Part shown: positions 35,101 through 47,200 of the stretch, one piece after another
Layout of the letters: every line of letters starts with the position of its first letter
Numbering within the stretch: position 1 is the first letter of the stretch
Origin: Yuukianura sp. NJ FZ-2021
Lineage: Eukaryota
Reading direction: 5' to 3'
Assembly (NCBI GenBank): GCA_046563655.1
Contig: CM102288.1
Coordinates: forward strand, 6,200,001-6,264,000
DNA length: 64,000 nt
The notes under the pieces: model-generated
Database searches by the model: none
What the model saw: only the letters and a program-made list of their open reading frames with translations
What the model was told of the DNA's origin: nothing
Translations under genes and position numbers: made by a program

Positions 35101-36295
35101 TGTTTCATGAAGCAGAATATGGCAGAGATCCAACGAATCCAGCATTTGTTCATGTGTTGCGGGTGATGATACTGCCAGTATATTGTGTGCTGCTGAAGTG
35201 CTGGCCAGTATATTGAGCATAGTTTTTTGAAACATTCCACAATCGCTGTACCAAGTAGATTCAGTGACAGTAGAAAGTAGAAGTCTACTCAAATTACCAG
35301 GATGAGTGAGGATGTCACAGAGACCTCGGACGGAACAATCCTGAAGTGGCTTGCAATCTGGATTGTACAAGTGGAACAGAAGTGCTCGGAAGCCTTGATC
35401 CGCCGGAAGTGTGAACAGGAGATCCCGAATCCAGAATTCCTTGAGTATGGAATGGATAGAAGTGGAATGATTTTCTGTGGGTGGATCTGGATTGAAGTAC
35501 AGAAAGTGGAGCAGACATGGAAGGAGATTCTGATTCTTGAGGACAAATCTTGAGAGGTGACCGAGGAAACTGGGGATGAGTGACATGATTTCAGTAAATC
35601 TTTTCGTGGTCTGTGCAGAAGTCAGCTGATCCGTTTCTGTTTTGTATAGTTTGGCTGTTTTGGAATCCAAAAGTGGAGATGGACGTCCGGGATTCCTTAC
35701 TTCGTAGGAAATTAAGCACCGAGCGGCATAGCCCATGACGAAATCTAACGAAGATTGGAGCACACCCTGCTGTTGCAAACTGATGTTCTGTTTGGAAAAA
35801 GAAAAAAAAACAATTGCTTTAGATTTTTAAGTAGTGACTCAGTGACAGCTACTTTATGCATTGACTTTCCATTGGATTAAGCTCATGTACTACTAAATAC
35901 TTTTCCTTACGTCAATTGATGTTGCAGATTGTCCGACTTTTTGCAAGACTTCGAGAGTGGCCTTAACACGGTTCCAGAGAGGATTTCCTTTCTCTGGAGC
36001 GGAAGCCAGCGATGATTGGTTGTTCTGTGCCACATTGACATTGTTATTGGCAGTTCCCAACTTTTGGCCTTTCTTTCGTCCAGGGTCATCTTTAGTAGAG
36101 CTTCCTGGAGACAATGAAACTTCATTTCAGAGATGTATGAATTATGCCACCTTAGAAACTGCTTAATTATTGATCGGTGCAAATCGAAGGCCACTTACCG
36201 TTAACTGTGGGTTTTTCTATGTGGATTTGTTCCAGTTGTTCACACCATTTCCGGATCTTGACTCGCTCTTTCCTTACTTGGGCTGGATTGCCCAT
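32171..36295 (-). CDS. Tango6: TANGO6/Rtp1-like HEAT/ARM-repeat protein (~1050 aa). Exons: (start uncertain, ATG 36295)-36199, 36104-35911, 35787-34204, 33837-33234, 32971-32553, 32464-32171
   Basis: Phase-consistent GT-AG junctions. The C-terminal GLIQLKKLI...LESDDEYIYNHCINAL...LKMGEVLCKALGSLG...LEDEDPQVRTA pattern resembles the RTP1 C-terminal region of TANGO6 proteins, and the length fits. The true start may lie further upstream, since the frame is open to 36523. Confidence 0.78.
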
Positions 36296-37157
36296 CGCCT
36301 CGTCCTCAGTTCCTGAACTTTCGTTATCCACCGTGGAAAGTGGAAGTGTACCAATCACTGGAAACAAGAATTGATCAATTACCTTAGATTGGACGATACC
36401 GGACAGTTTCGCGTTGATACTTTGAGGACGATACGTATATGAATCGTTTTCAACTGATGAAGAGTTGACATGTAACACTAGTGGCGCGATGATGATCAGA
36501 TGATCCTTTGTTTGGAACGGCAATTGGTTGACAAAACGTTTAACAATCGTCTTTGTAACCGCAGAGAGTAGTCTCTTCGGCTTTCCTGCGTATCTACACC
36601 CAGTGGCGACATTTGTAGCTGCTCAAACCTGAAAAACTTAATCTAACGTGGCAACTATGTTGCCACACATCGTAGCCATTTATTGTAGCCGCGATGAATT
36701 AGCTACACAGTGCAGTTGCAATACAAATCCTTAAACATTACTTCAACCTCAGATGAACTGGCAGAGAGGGACTATTCGGCAGATAAAGCGGACAAATAGG
36801 TTAGCGGCACAGTGAATATACGGCCGAACTACGATAGTTGAAGAATTAAACTTAAGATTAATTAAAAGTAAGATTAACTTGATGAATTCGATAAATAAAC
36901 GTAAATCAATACGGAAGACCATTTATGCTTGGTCTACTTGTCATTTTATTTGAAATCACTCCACATCCACAACTTGGGATTTGGATTTTTTTGTATCCTG
37001 GGTCAGTTCAAAGTTAACATTATAAGTTCGCAACTAATAAGCTGGAATTGGTTACAGCACAGCTATGTTTTACTACGGAGACTGTTCATGTTAATTGATT
37101 GTTTGTCTAATTTTAGTTAATGTTCATTTCCCCATTTTCCGTTGACAACTACCACCT

Positions 37158-37953
37158 TTACTGGTACATTCCGTGGGAGTCACGGCATTGACGAAGGGCC
37201 AAGTTGAATCCTTCGCACAAGGTCAAGTCGTTTTGATTTCGGGCACATTGAAGAAACTCGCGTAGCTCAAAAGCACAGACATTGCCCTCTGGAAGAGAGG
37301 AAACAATTAGTTTAGCGGTGAATTTGGATAAATCGTTGTTAGTAAAATTACCTTGTTGTTGAATTGGCTGAGGCTGAGATGCCACAGGAGCTGGGGCCTG
37401 TTCTGCTGATGAGCTTCCACCCCCAATACCTCCAACCAGGGCGTGACCCACCACGTGACCCTAATTGTGAAAACAAATAAGTGAACTTGTGGAAACTATA
37501 GTCATGTGTTTTAACTTTTAACTCTAGTTTTAACGTTTAACTGTAGTTTTAACTTACCACTGCACTTCCAACAGCAACTCCTCCTGCAGTGGCAGCCTAA
37601 AAGTATGAAAATGATTAGTAACTGGCTGTATTTAATCAATTAATGTGTTGGTTTTACCATTTGCTTGAGCAAACCGGGCGGTTGAGCACCAGCAGAAGGA
37701 GCCATCATGGCGGATGGAGGTGCAGCAGCAGGAACTGGACTTCGCGATGGAGCACTGACGAGACAAAATTAAGATAGGATTTCCTCGTTAACGTTAGGTT
37801 ATGCTATACCTTATGAGGTTAGTTTGAATAGATTCGTTATGTTAACGTTTTATAATACCTGTAACTAGGAGCCGGAGCTGGTGCTGGAGCTGCTCGTCGG
37901 GGAGCACTGGCCATCCTAGGCGGAGGACTAGCTGAACGTCCACGTCGTGGCAT
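37158..37953 (-). CDS. CHCHD2: CHCHD2/CHCHD10 (Mix17-like) mitochondrial twin-CX9C protein. Exons: 37953-37859, 37754-37658, 37596-37558, 37460-37352, 37288-37158
   Basis: Joined product MPRRGRSASPPP...PGLLKQM/AATAGGVAVGSAV/GHVVGHALVGG...CAFELREFLQCARNQNDLTLCEGFNLALRQC carries the family signature and CX9C-CX9C. Confidence 0.95.
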
Positions 37954-38669
37954 TATGGAGTTGGCAAGATTCGATTTGGACACCTACACAATTAGAATAA
38001 AACCGGGTTTATAAAATCGGTAAGTTAATCAGTTACGGATCAATTAGCTCAATATTATGGTAATACTTGGCTTACCTAACTTACGAAGCAGTGCCTCCAA
38101 AGTAGACTTCAACTTGATATACCTTCGTTCAATTAACGTAAATTGTGGAGACGAAGAAACTGAACATGTGAGTAAAAAGGAGGATGATGATGATGAAACT
38201 TTTTGTTCTTCTGTTGGTGACGTATTTTGTCGTGGCGACTATTCCTCAGTCGCACAGCAGACTGCTAGTTGATTGTGTACCACTATTTACTTGCGACCGC
38301 GGGCAACGACGAGTAAGCTTAAGTTCTGTAACGTAAGCTATGTATTTATAAACTATGCTATTTAGTTAGGTTAGTTTAGTTATTTAATTAATTTAAAACT
38401 TTAATTATTCCCATTTCAATACCTTGTCTGATCTGGTATTTCTAGCGATTTGGTTTATAAACGTTTCATTAACAATCAATTTTCAATGTATACATAAGTT
38501 GCAAATGCTACTTCATATGTTAAACTCGTCTCTCTGTCTATCTGTCTGTCTAACTTCCTTAGTACTAAAGGTATTGCTTATTCTACCTAACATTAAATGA
38601 GGTAACGAACTACCTCTGTTATATCAATTTTTAAAACTAACGTTATACTTTACATTAAAATTAGATTAT

Positions 38670-41037
38670 TTAAAGATAAAGTTTCGTTTTGTCAGGTACA
38701 CATTTTATTGCTAACATAGCATATAAAATTTTCACCCCCTTGTACCACGTAACTATTTTGGGTAGCATTACCTCTCCCAAAAACGCAAAAAAGGCGGGAA
38801 CGATGCAGGTCAAAAGAACAACAAACGTTACCCAGATTTTGTCACTGAGGTCAAGTGCTTTTACAACTGACTTTCTTTTCCTCGGAATTGTCGCATACGC
38901 TCTAACTAATTTGAAATACTCGTCCAGTTTTTGCCAAAGGTCAATAACTCCTGCCTCCTGCATCGATTTTATTCCAGGCCGTACTTTGGGGTCCGTCACA
39001 AACTCAAATTTCCATCCGTACGTTAAGTTACCTAGACTATCGGTACCCATCGTCAGAGTATCGCTACCGACATCCTCGGATATCTTCCAGTGTCGATACT
39101 CTTCGTCAATTATGTTGGACCAATCGGCATAGGCCGTCCCGCGGCAGTCTTTGACCAATTGAGTTAACCGATCACCATCCGTCATGTTTCTTGGGTAAAA
39201 TTTGTCCCAGGGGATGACCAAGTTGTCAATTACTTGTTTGGCAACTTTGGGGATAGCAAGGTTGCTGCTATTTCGTACAAACTGTTTGTAAGTCACATCC
39301 ATATTTGCGTAGAAAGCGTCCATAGCTGTGTATCCAGCGACATTTCGCATTATTGGGTAAACATATTGCTGGCCATAATCGGACATTATGTGAGTTGGGT
39401 ACCCCTTTTTCAGAATGGTACCGTTTTTGTCTACATACGGGCTCATCCAGCTGTAGAAGAACTTGTAAATGGCTTGTGATTCTGGACGGACATAGACTGT
39501 CAAGTTTTTGTCCATCAGCTGATCGAAAGTTGTAATCAACTTGGGATCTCTGGGAGCAACTATGTCCGTTGTAAACAAGCCTTTGTAACCATTGGTTACC
39601 ACAATTAAGGTTACGAGCAATGTGGTAGTGATGGGATACATAGCATTGAGGCGATACGGATTTGTAGCCGATGAGCAACTGTGGTCCAGCAATGCAGAGT
39701 ACGTCGTTTTGAATCCATTGCACTTCTTTTTGTTTAAACTCAAAGTGATATTCGTCACGGTACCGATTGCCAAAAGGGTACCAACCAACATGGCCCAAAT
39801 GGTACCGCTGAATGGAGAAACGAGGCTGTTGAAATCTGAAACTTCTTCTACAAGACCGTCACAAGTTAGGAATTGAAATTGGAGGCGCCTGGATTCAAAT
39901 ACATTGAAGTCCTTTTCTCCAAAAAACACCATGGGATACGCGATCCAGTAGCCTTGGTAAAAGCACGAGCCTAATTCATCCCAAACCGCACTTTTGTTTG
40001 TCATTACCTACAATATTACAAATATTCATCGAAATCAGTAGACTAGTTAAACATATTACTTTATATTATATAATAGCAGATATCGTATGATATAAACCTT
40101 TAAATATTCAAAACCTTACAGCTTGGAGCAATGTAGGTTCCCATGTACCACTGCGGTATCTTCCAGGCCTCGGTTTCTCCGGTATCGCGCGTCTGTAGGT
40201 AGTCCACTTGGAGTTTTGCTGTTGATCTAGTGCTTTCCAGACCGCCCTGATCTGGGTCAAATTTTTTGGGTGGGTCAACTCCACGAGAGGGTAAAAACAG
40301 TCGTTGCAATAGTGGCAAATCGTCCAAACCCGCTTAATTTCATACCGCCCGTTTACCCACGTCGTTGACTGGTTAATTAATGAGGTAGTTGACCCGTTGC
40401 CCAATGATTTACTTGGATGGTTGACCTTGACCAATGAGTAAACCACAAACTGGTCAACACCAATTATGCATCGGGCTTCTTCTGACGTCCCACCGTAAAA
40501 TGTGTTGATTGCTGTTTCGTTGTATGGTGCAACCAGAGAAAATATTGCCGAACGGTCAAAAAGAAAGCCTTTTCCGGCAGTAGAGAATCGCCACAGGTTC
40601 TCGGTACGCCAAAATTTTTGCCAGAACGGCATGTTTTCCGGTACTGGAAAGCGATAACCTATAGTATTAAAATACTTAAGCTTAACTTGACCTATAGGAA
40701 AGAGGTCAAATGATGTGAGCAGAAAGATGTAGTTGAAACACTTGAATCTGAAATAAATTTCCCGCCTTTTGGTTTGGCCGTGTGACTTCAACAGAGAGTG
40801 GGCATAGTACAAATATATTTCAAATGTAACATGCCACTCGGTAAAGATTATGACATTAGTAAAAATTATAGGGAATTTGAATGGTGTGAATTCAGTGTGA
40901 TTGTTGTAGTTGATTAAGTAAATGGAACACTCTGTTGTGAATGGACTAAACCACGGATTTAAGTCAATCTCCAATGAAGCAGCTGTAGGCAACGCACATA
41001 GTTTGTACAACAATAATAACCAAATTAGAGGAAACAT
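38670..41037 (-). CDS. Divergent ionotropic receptor (IR)-like membrane protein. Exons: 41037-40120, 40007-38670
   Basis: Signal peptide and a phase-0 GT-AG intron (40119-40008). iGluR/IR-like topology: FLTC..LVSPFSGTIW + TM1, a pore-like segment, TM2 followed by NGYKGLFTTDIVAP, MQEAGVIDLW, and a C-terminal TM (KIWVTFVVLLTCIVPAFFAFLGE). Confidence 0.7.
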
Positions 41038-42257
41038 GATAAAAACAAACTAGGTTTTACAGGACATTATAAGCATCAGTGTATATATAATAAACAAAAT
41101 ATTAGGTTTTGGTGCGACCAATCCTATAGGAATGCGGACAGACTGACAGTCGGACGGACAAAGTCGTATCAATAGTCCACTTCAGAATTCACTCCAGAAA
41201 ACAAAAGAGTTGTATCTTTGGGTGAACCACTGAAAAGATTAAACATGGTGAGTTCGTTCCTAAATTCACATTGAAACTTCAAAATTCACTTCAAAATTCT
41301 AGCACTACTTGTTTGGATTAACTTTACCAACTGTCGTGACCATCGTATGATTTTGAAAAATGTAATATTTTAACATATTCAAGTAGCAAATAGATTAAAA
41401 TAGACTTTATTGTACAATACGAAATGTGGGCGTATCATAAAAAATTCACATTCGAAACACGTAAAAGATAGTACCAAAAAATTCACATTTGATAGCAGGT
41501 CAAGGTTCATGTAAAATTTATATTTACAAGCACGATATCACTACAACTAATACACTAAAAGGTATTTAAAAGTATTATTATTTATATTGAAAATTCAAAA
41601 CCGACTCTTATTTTATTAAACTGAATTAGTTAAGTTTCGCAGTGTTTGTGTGTGTCAACCCATTTTCGTCACCTTGACCTCACTTGAAAATGAGAATTAC
41701 TAAAATATTTAATTCTTCACAAAAATGTAAAGCTAAAAACCTAAAACCCAAAATTTAGTATTAGTATATTGAAATGTACTATATTGAAATTTACTGTATT
41801 GAAATATTATAAAACTATTGAATACAAAAGTTTTTGATTTAAAAATATTCAGTTGTCGTTGTCGCTGCTTTATACTATACATGACAGCACGGCTTTCTCG
41901 GATTTCCGTTTTGTCTGAGGTTTAGTCACTCACAATCAGTAGTACTATAGAGACAAGCTCATGAGAAATTTGAGCGCGAATTTAAAAATTTCAGTAATTC
42001 TTTGTCTTCGTGTTCACCATTTGTGAATTTAAGTAAATAGTAACTAAGTAATTAGTGATTAATAGGTAATTATTCAATTACTAGACACAATTAGTAATCA
42101 GGTGATGCCGATTGAATTCGTGTTGATCAATAATTGGAATTGAAATTGATAACAAATTGTACGGATTTTATTGAGGTAACAAATCACAACTTCCTTGGAG
42201 CGTGAATAACAAATGGATCAAACAACTAATCGTTTTTTCATCGTTTTAGCAATTGAA

Positions 42258-42424
42258 CTAACCATAGTGTCCTCCCACTTTGTGTCTCACTCCCCAGGCG
42301 AAGTTGGCGTTATAATCGGTCTTCTGGAAAGTGTGGACGGGGCCAAGGTATCCGTAACCATGACCGTGACCTCCTTCGTGACCTCCGTCGTGACCTCTCC
42401 TAACTCGCAAGTGTGACTGGGGTA
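42258..42424 (-). CDS. Paralogous terminal exon (probable alternative 3' exon, isoform B) of the His/Gly-rich peptide gene
   Basis: Polypyrimidine acceptor TTCTTGTCCATCTCAG, in phase with the donor at 43308. Encodes (V)PQSHLRVRR-GHDGGHEGGHGHGYGYLGPVHTFQKTDYNANFAWGVRHKVGGHYG*, clearly homologous to the isoform A C-terminus. AATAAA lies ~90 bp downstream. Confidence 0.75.
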
Positions 42425-42740
42425 CTGAGATGGACAAGAACAAGTTATTTTGGTGGGAAGTAGGTAAGCTAGCTCATTTGTGTTGTTAGTTTTTAGTTAA
42501 TCGGGTCAAGCAGTCAAGTCAAGCTGTAAAGTAAACTACCCTACGGTATTTACTATTTGACTAGAAACTCCACTGGATTGACACTGTCAGAAGTCACTTC
42601 TCAGAGGGTTTAACTAGAATACTGACTAAAGTCAAAAGTCACAAGTCAAGAAACGTCGGCGTGTCGTTTGCGTTAAATAGTCAAGGTCAAGGTCACATCT
42701 TGGTCGGATTTAATTGTGGTAAGTCATGTCAGTCTTTTGC

Positions 42741-43468
42741 TTATCGTCCACTCCACCCTCCGCCGACTTTGTGTCTCACCTAAACAATTCAAGAACGTTT
42801 CAGTTTAAACAAAAAACGTTTCAGTTTTCAGAGTTTACGAATCAGCTGATCCGTGACTTACGCCGGTCTGGAAGTTGCCGTGGTAGTCTGTCCGTACAAA
42901 TGTGAATACTGGGCCGATGGGCTGACTATGTCCATGACCCTGTCCATGTCCATGTCCATGTCCATGACCATGTCCATGTGAGTCGTATGTCGGTTGTTGA
43001 TAAGTCTGGTGGTTGTGACCAAAAGCGCCTAACGGCTGAGCGGGATGGACGGAGCCCCGTCGTGTCCGAGTCACACCGTCAACTAAACCTACAATCGTAA
43101 ACAACTTTCTAACTAAAAGCGAACTACAAAGCCAAAAAGTCACTGACTTTATGTGACCTTTGACACAACTTTCCAAAACTACGACCACCATGCGCTAATT
43201 GAAATCTACAGGAATTCCATTTCTCTAGTTCCTAATGCCATTTTTGAAAAAGATCAACTTTTTTGAAAAATTAAAAGTTCTGAACACTTTCTAAAATTTC
43301 AGGTCACCTTGCGTGGGGTTTTCGTCGTGATCGAATTCCAATTGCGGGTAGGCGTGAGCCAGAGCGAATGCAGTCAGCAGCAGGAGAGAGGCAATTTTCA
43401 GCTGAAAAGTGAGTTGAAAAATTAACGGCTCAAATTTTGTTTAAAATTTGAAAACTTACAAAATCCAT
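42741..43468 (-). CDS. Small secreted His/Gly-rich pre-pro-peptide, isoform A. Exons: 43468-43460, 43401-43308, 43088-42862, 42779-42741
   Basis: Joined product MDF/LKIASLLLLTAFALAHAYPQLEFDHDENPTQ/GLVDGVTRTRR-GSVHPAQ...HGHGHGHGHGQGHGHSQPIGPVFTFVRTDYHGNFQTG/VRHKVGGGWSGR*. Junctions are canonical, with a TATA box upstream. Confidence 0.85.
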
Positions 43469-43522
43469 GTTGATTTTTTTTGAATTTTAGAGATGGATGC
43501 TGGTGGCTGTTTGTGAATTGTC

Positions 43523-43558
43523 TCTGAACGGAGGTTTCTACAGAAAAGTTCTTTTATA
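43523..43558 (-). promoter_or_regulatory. Core promoter (TATA box + Inr-like) of the His/Gly-rich peptide gene
   Basis: Minus-strand TATAAAAG at 43558-43551, an Inr-like TTCAGA ~30 bp downstream of the TATA start, then the ATG at 43468. Confidence 0.6.
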
Positions 43559-43865
43559 TCCCAATCAAAAAGTTCACTTTCGTATTCCACTTCGCTTTCT
43601 TCTTTGCTTTCCGCTGACTGACCACGCATCGAACCATGGACACAAGAGAAAGCGTTAAGTCCACCCACGACACCAACAATTCTTCAATTCTTGTAGGCCA
43701 CACGTACGAACACAAATCACTACGCATAGCAAGTTTCCAATTTTGAACTTACTTTTTCAAACTATTTTTCCATTTTCAAGGTCATTGGCATCATTAATAC
43801 CTATTCTAGCGGTACACGATTTTTGTTTAAAAAAAGTTAAGAATAGTGTTGCGGAGTACCGAGCC

Positions 43866-44198
43866 ATTGGGTCAAATGAATTAGGTCAAAACCAATTGGT
43901 TCGAAACTAATCCGTCCTAATGACAAATTTGCTAAAAATAAAAATTAGGTGGATAATACCAACAGGGCCAAGCAAATTGGTTCGAAAGCACGATTGAATC
44001 AAATGTTAAATTGGTTCGACAGTGAAATTGGATCAAAAATGAAATTATTTCCAAAGTGAAATAGATCAAAAGCCCTATGATGACAAAAATTGACCAATCA
44101 TGACTGAATTGATTTTAAATAATTCTAGCGCCCATTTACTTTTTGAACCAATTTACATTTCGACTTAATTGCTTTCGACCCAATTGAGTTGATCCAAT
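43866..44198. repeat. Foldback-like element with AATTGG(A/T)TC(A/G)AA modules; related sequence at ~15361-15720 and ~54143-54182
   Basis: The left arm CATTGGGTCAAATGAATTAGGTCAAAACCAATT resembles the reverse complement of the right arm (CATTGGATCAACTCAATTGGGTCGAAAGCAATT). Confidence 0.55.
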
Positions 44199-44270
44199 GT
44201 CATCTCCCTTCCATAAGGTTGATAGAAAAATAGATAGATTCATTTCTCAAAATAAGGTACAACGTGTCTT

Positions 44271-47200
44271 CTACTGGTTTAAGTTAATTGGTTTTCTGAG
44301 AAGGTGGGGTTGTGCCTGAGCGGGTCTGTAGAACTGCTGCTCATCTTGTGCTGCTGTGTAGTACTGCTGGGGATACTGCTGAGGATGCTGCTGAAGATGC
44401 TGCTGAGAATACTGATGCTGCTGCAGTCTGAGCGGACTCTTGACCTTGACCTTCTCTTCCTCCGGAGCCTGCGTTGGAACTGGGAATTTGATCTTCACTT
44501 CCGTCGGCTCTCGAACCACTTTGGCCTGAAATCCATTCTTAGAATCCGCAGTGTACGTCACTGTGCGGACATAGCCGTCAGGATCAACCTAACCAAAGTA
44601 ATTACATTTGAATTAACTAATTAATTACAAGTAATTACTTAATTACTTAATTCGTAATTAAAATGTTGGCTTACAACGCTATAACTCCCCTTGATGACCC
44701 CACCATCTCTCTCCTCCTGCCTGTTCTGGTAGTTTGTCAACTCATCGTCTTTGACATCAAACGAAAAATTATACTGCGGATTCGGCTAAAAAATAAGAAA
44801 CAATTTTTTTAACATTTCAATCAACTTTTCGGACCAAATTGGATCAAAATTTTGTTTTTACATCTGCAGGGTACTCTTCTTCAGCGTCTGCTTCCTGTGC
44901 TGCCGTTTCCTGCACTGCGATTGGTCTGAGTCGATGTGGAACTGCTGCTGGTTTGACATGCGGCCGCACTACTGGAATTGGTTTCTTGTTTCCCGCCCCC
45001 AGTTGCCCCTCGGGGTAAAATCGGGGGTCAAGCAGTTGACCTTGACCTTGACCTGGGGCCAGGCTGTACACCACTTGCTGAGCCTCGCTCGCTGGAACTG
45101 GCACCAATCGCAAGCGTTTCAGCGCTGAAGCTGGGTAGGCCCGCACGAGCTGTCCATTCTTGACAAATAAAAAAAAACGTTTCTTTTTTCGTTTTCAAAA
45201 CGTTTTGTGCTTTTGTTTTCAGAAGTTATGAAAGCTAGAGGCACAAACTTGTACAAGTTTGTGTCTTTAGTTTTCATAGCTTTTGAAAGAAATTGGACCC
45301 ACATAGCCAGCATAATTTGGGAGAGTTTTGGGAAATATAGTATTACTCGGGGAAATAACTTTTACGGATATTTGAGGATATTTTTAATCGGAAAATGTCC
45401 GGGCCATTTACAAACCTGGGATCATTCGTTATTTTGGGAGAAAATTTTCGAACTAATTTGGTCCACTTGCGATATTTGTCTGGTAAATACTATTCTGGGT
45501 TAATTCCAAAAGTAGTATTTGGCCCAAGTTTGGTGTGAGTACTTCCGGGTGTATTACGGCATGGGAAGTTTGGGCCATTTAAACTACGCCGATATTTTCT
45601 GAGTGAAATCACACTTGTTTGGGCCAAGTGCGGGAATCACCAAAAATTAAAATGCATAAAAGGATGACGCAACATCCACCTTCCTCGTGCTCACACTCCA
45701 AACTTCTTCCGTTAGGAGCTCATTTCAGTGTTTTTGGTAGATTCTTTAGTCTGACAGTCATGGACCGATTGTATTCGGTTGTCAGTTTTCCGTTAGAAAA
45801 TTCAGTGGAAGCTGTTCCTTCTAGCTGGTTGTCAGAAGACAGAACCGTTTGCCAGTACCCAACTGGTCCAACTGCTCAGCAATTGATAAAGAAGTGCGCT
45901 CTTCCATTGGATTCATGGCCAGTACATCCTTGTGTTGAACTAAGAGGAGGCAGTAAGTACAATTTTTGTATTTTTGAACAGGGTAATCTAGATTTGATGT
46001 GAAATGTAAACATTCAGTAATATCTAATCAGGTGTATCACGTTTTTTTTTTCAGAAAATCGGAAAGAAGCAGTCCGTTTGGCAAAGCGTGCGCTTGTAAC
46101 TGATGACTTTTTGAGTGAACGCAGTGATATCGAAAACGATATTCGTAATCGTGAACCACCGACAAGTTCAAAGGAACCGGAACAACGTGGCGAGGTGACA
46201 GAAGGTAATACCTTAAATGTATTTGTTTACTATCCAAAATATTATATCCTTTGCTGTAGTAGAATTGCCTAATAAATAACTAAACCCGATTCTATTTGCA
46301 GAAACTTGTTTCACTGGAAATATTGAAGTCATTACCCCTGCATGCATCATTGCTACATCAGCTGAGTTTACCGGATTTGTGGAAGAATTTCGAGGTATAA
46401 AATAATTAGAATTTGTACCAACCAACTATTTAACTACTCCCATGTTAAACCAATGAATTTTTCTCTTCTAGCATTTCAAGAACATGTGATCACAACTCTT
46501 GTCGATTTGAAGGAAACCCTGGCACATTTACTTAATTCAAGGAACGATCAATTTGGCAACGACTTTACCATTGCTAAAAACGCACTAGAACAGTTCGCCT
46601 TGCCTTTGACGTCGCCCACCCGGTTGGATGAACTAATCAAATGGACCAAATCTTGCGATGAAAACAGAAACTTTTTTGTAAGACATGTTATGCTTTTCTC
46701 TATACAACTGTAACGATTTGTTTTTGAAAGTAGGAACTAACGTTGTCCGTTACATTACTTTAGGTGACCGTATTTAGTGCACAAGGGGGAAAAACTGTTC
46801 GTGAGGCCATTGATCGTATTATGAAAAAATTGTTTACGAAAGAACTGGCACAAACTTTCAGTTTAACTGGAAAGCGGTCACGTGGAAGTGTAGAGAAGTC
46901 GTCCCTACAAGCTACTGGAGTGTTGGAGCTAATTCTTGGTAAAAAATTAAGTTTTAAATTAAATAGCCTGAGGCTAACCTAACCAAATTACATTTGATTG
47001 TATTATACAAATCACTAAATATTATTAACAGAAAACCTGAAATGCATTAAATCATCTTACATAATTACCAAATTACACTTATCGTAATTTCTTTGTTACA
47101 GAAAGCCTGAGATGCAATAAGGAAACCAAAGAATTTACAGAAGCCGAAATCGAAAAAGGAGTCGCAAAGTATCTCAACGGAATTGGGGACAAGTACGGTG

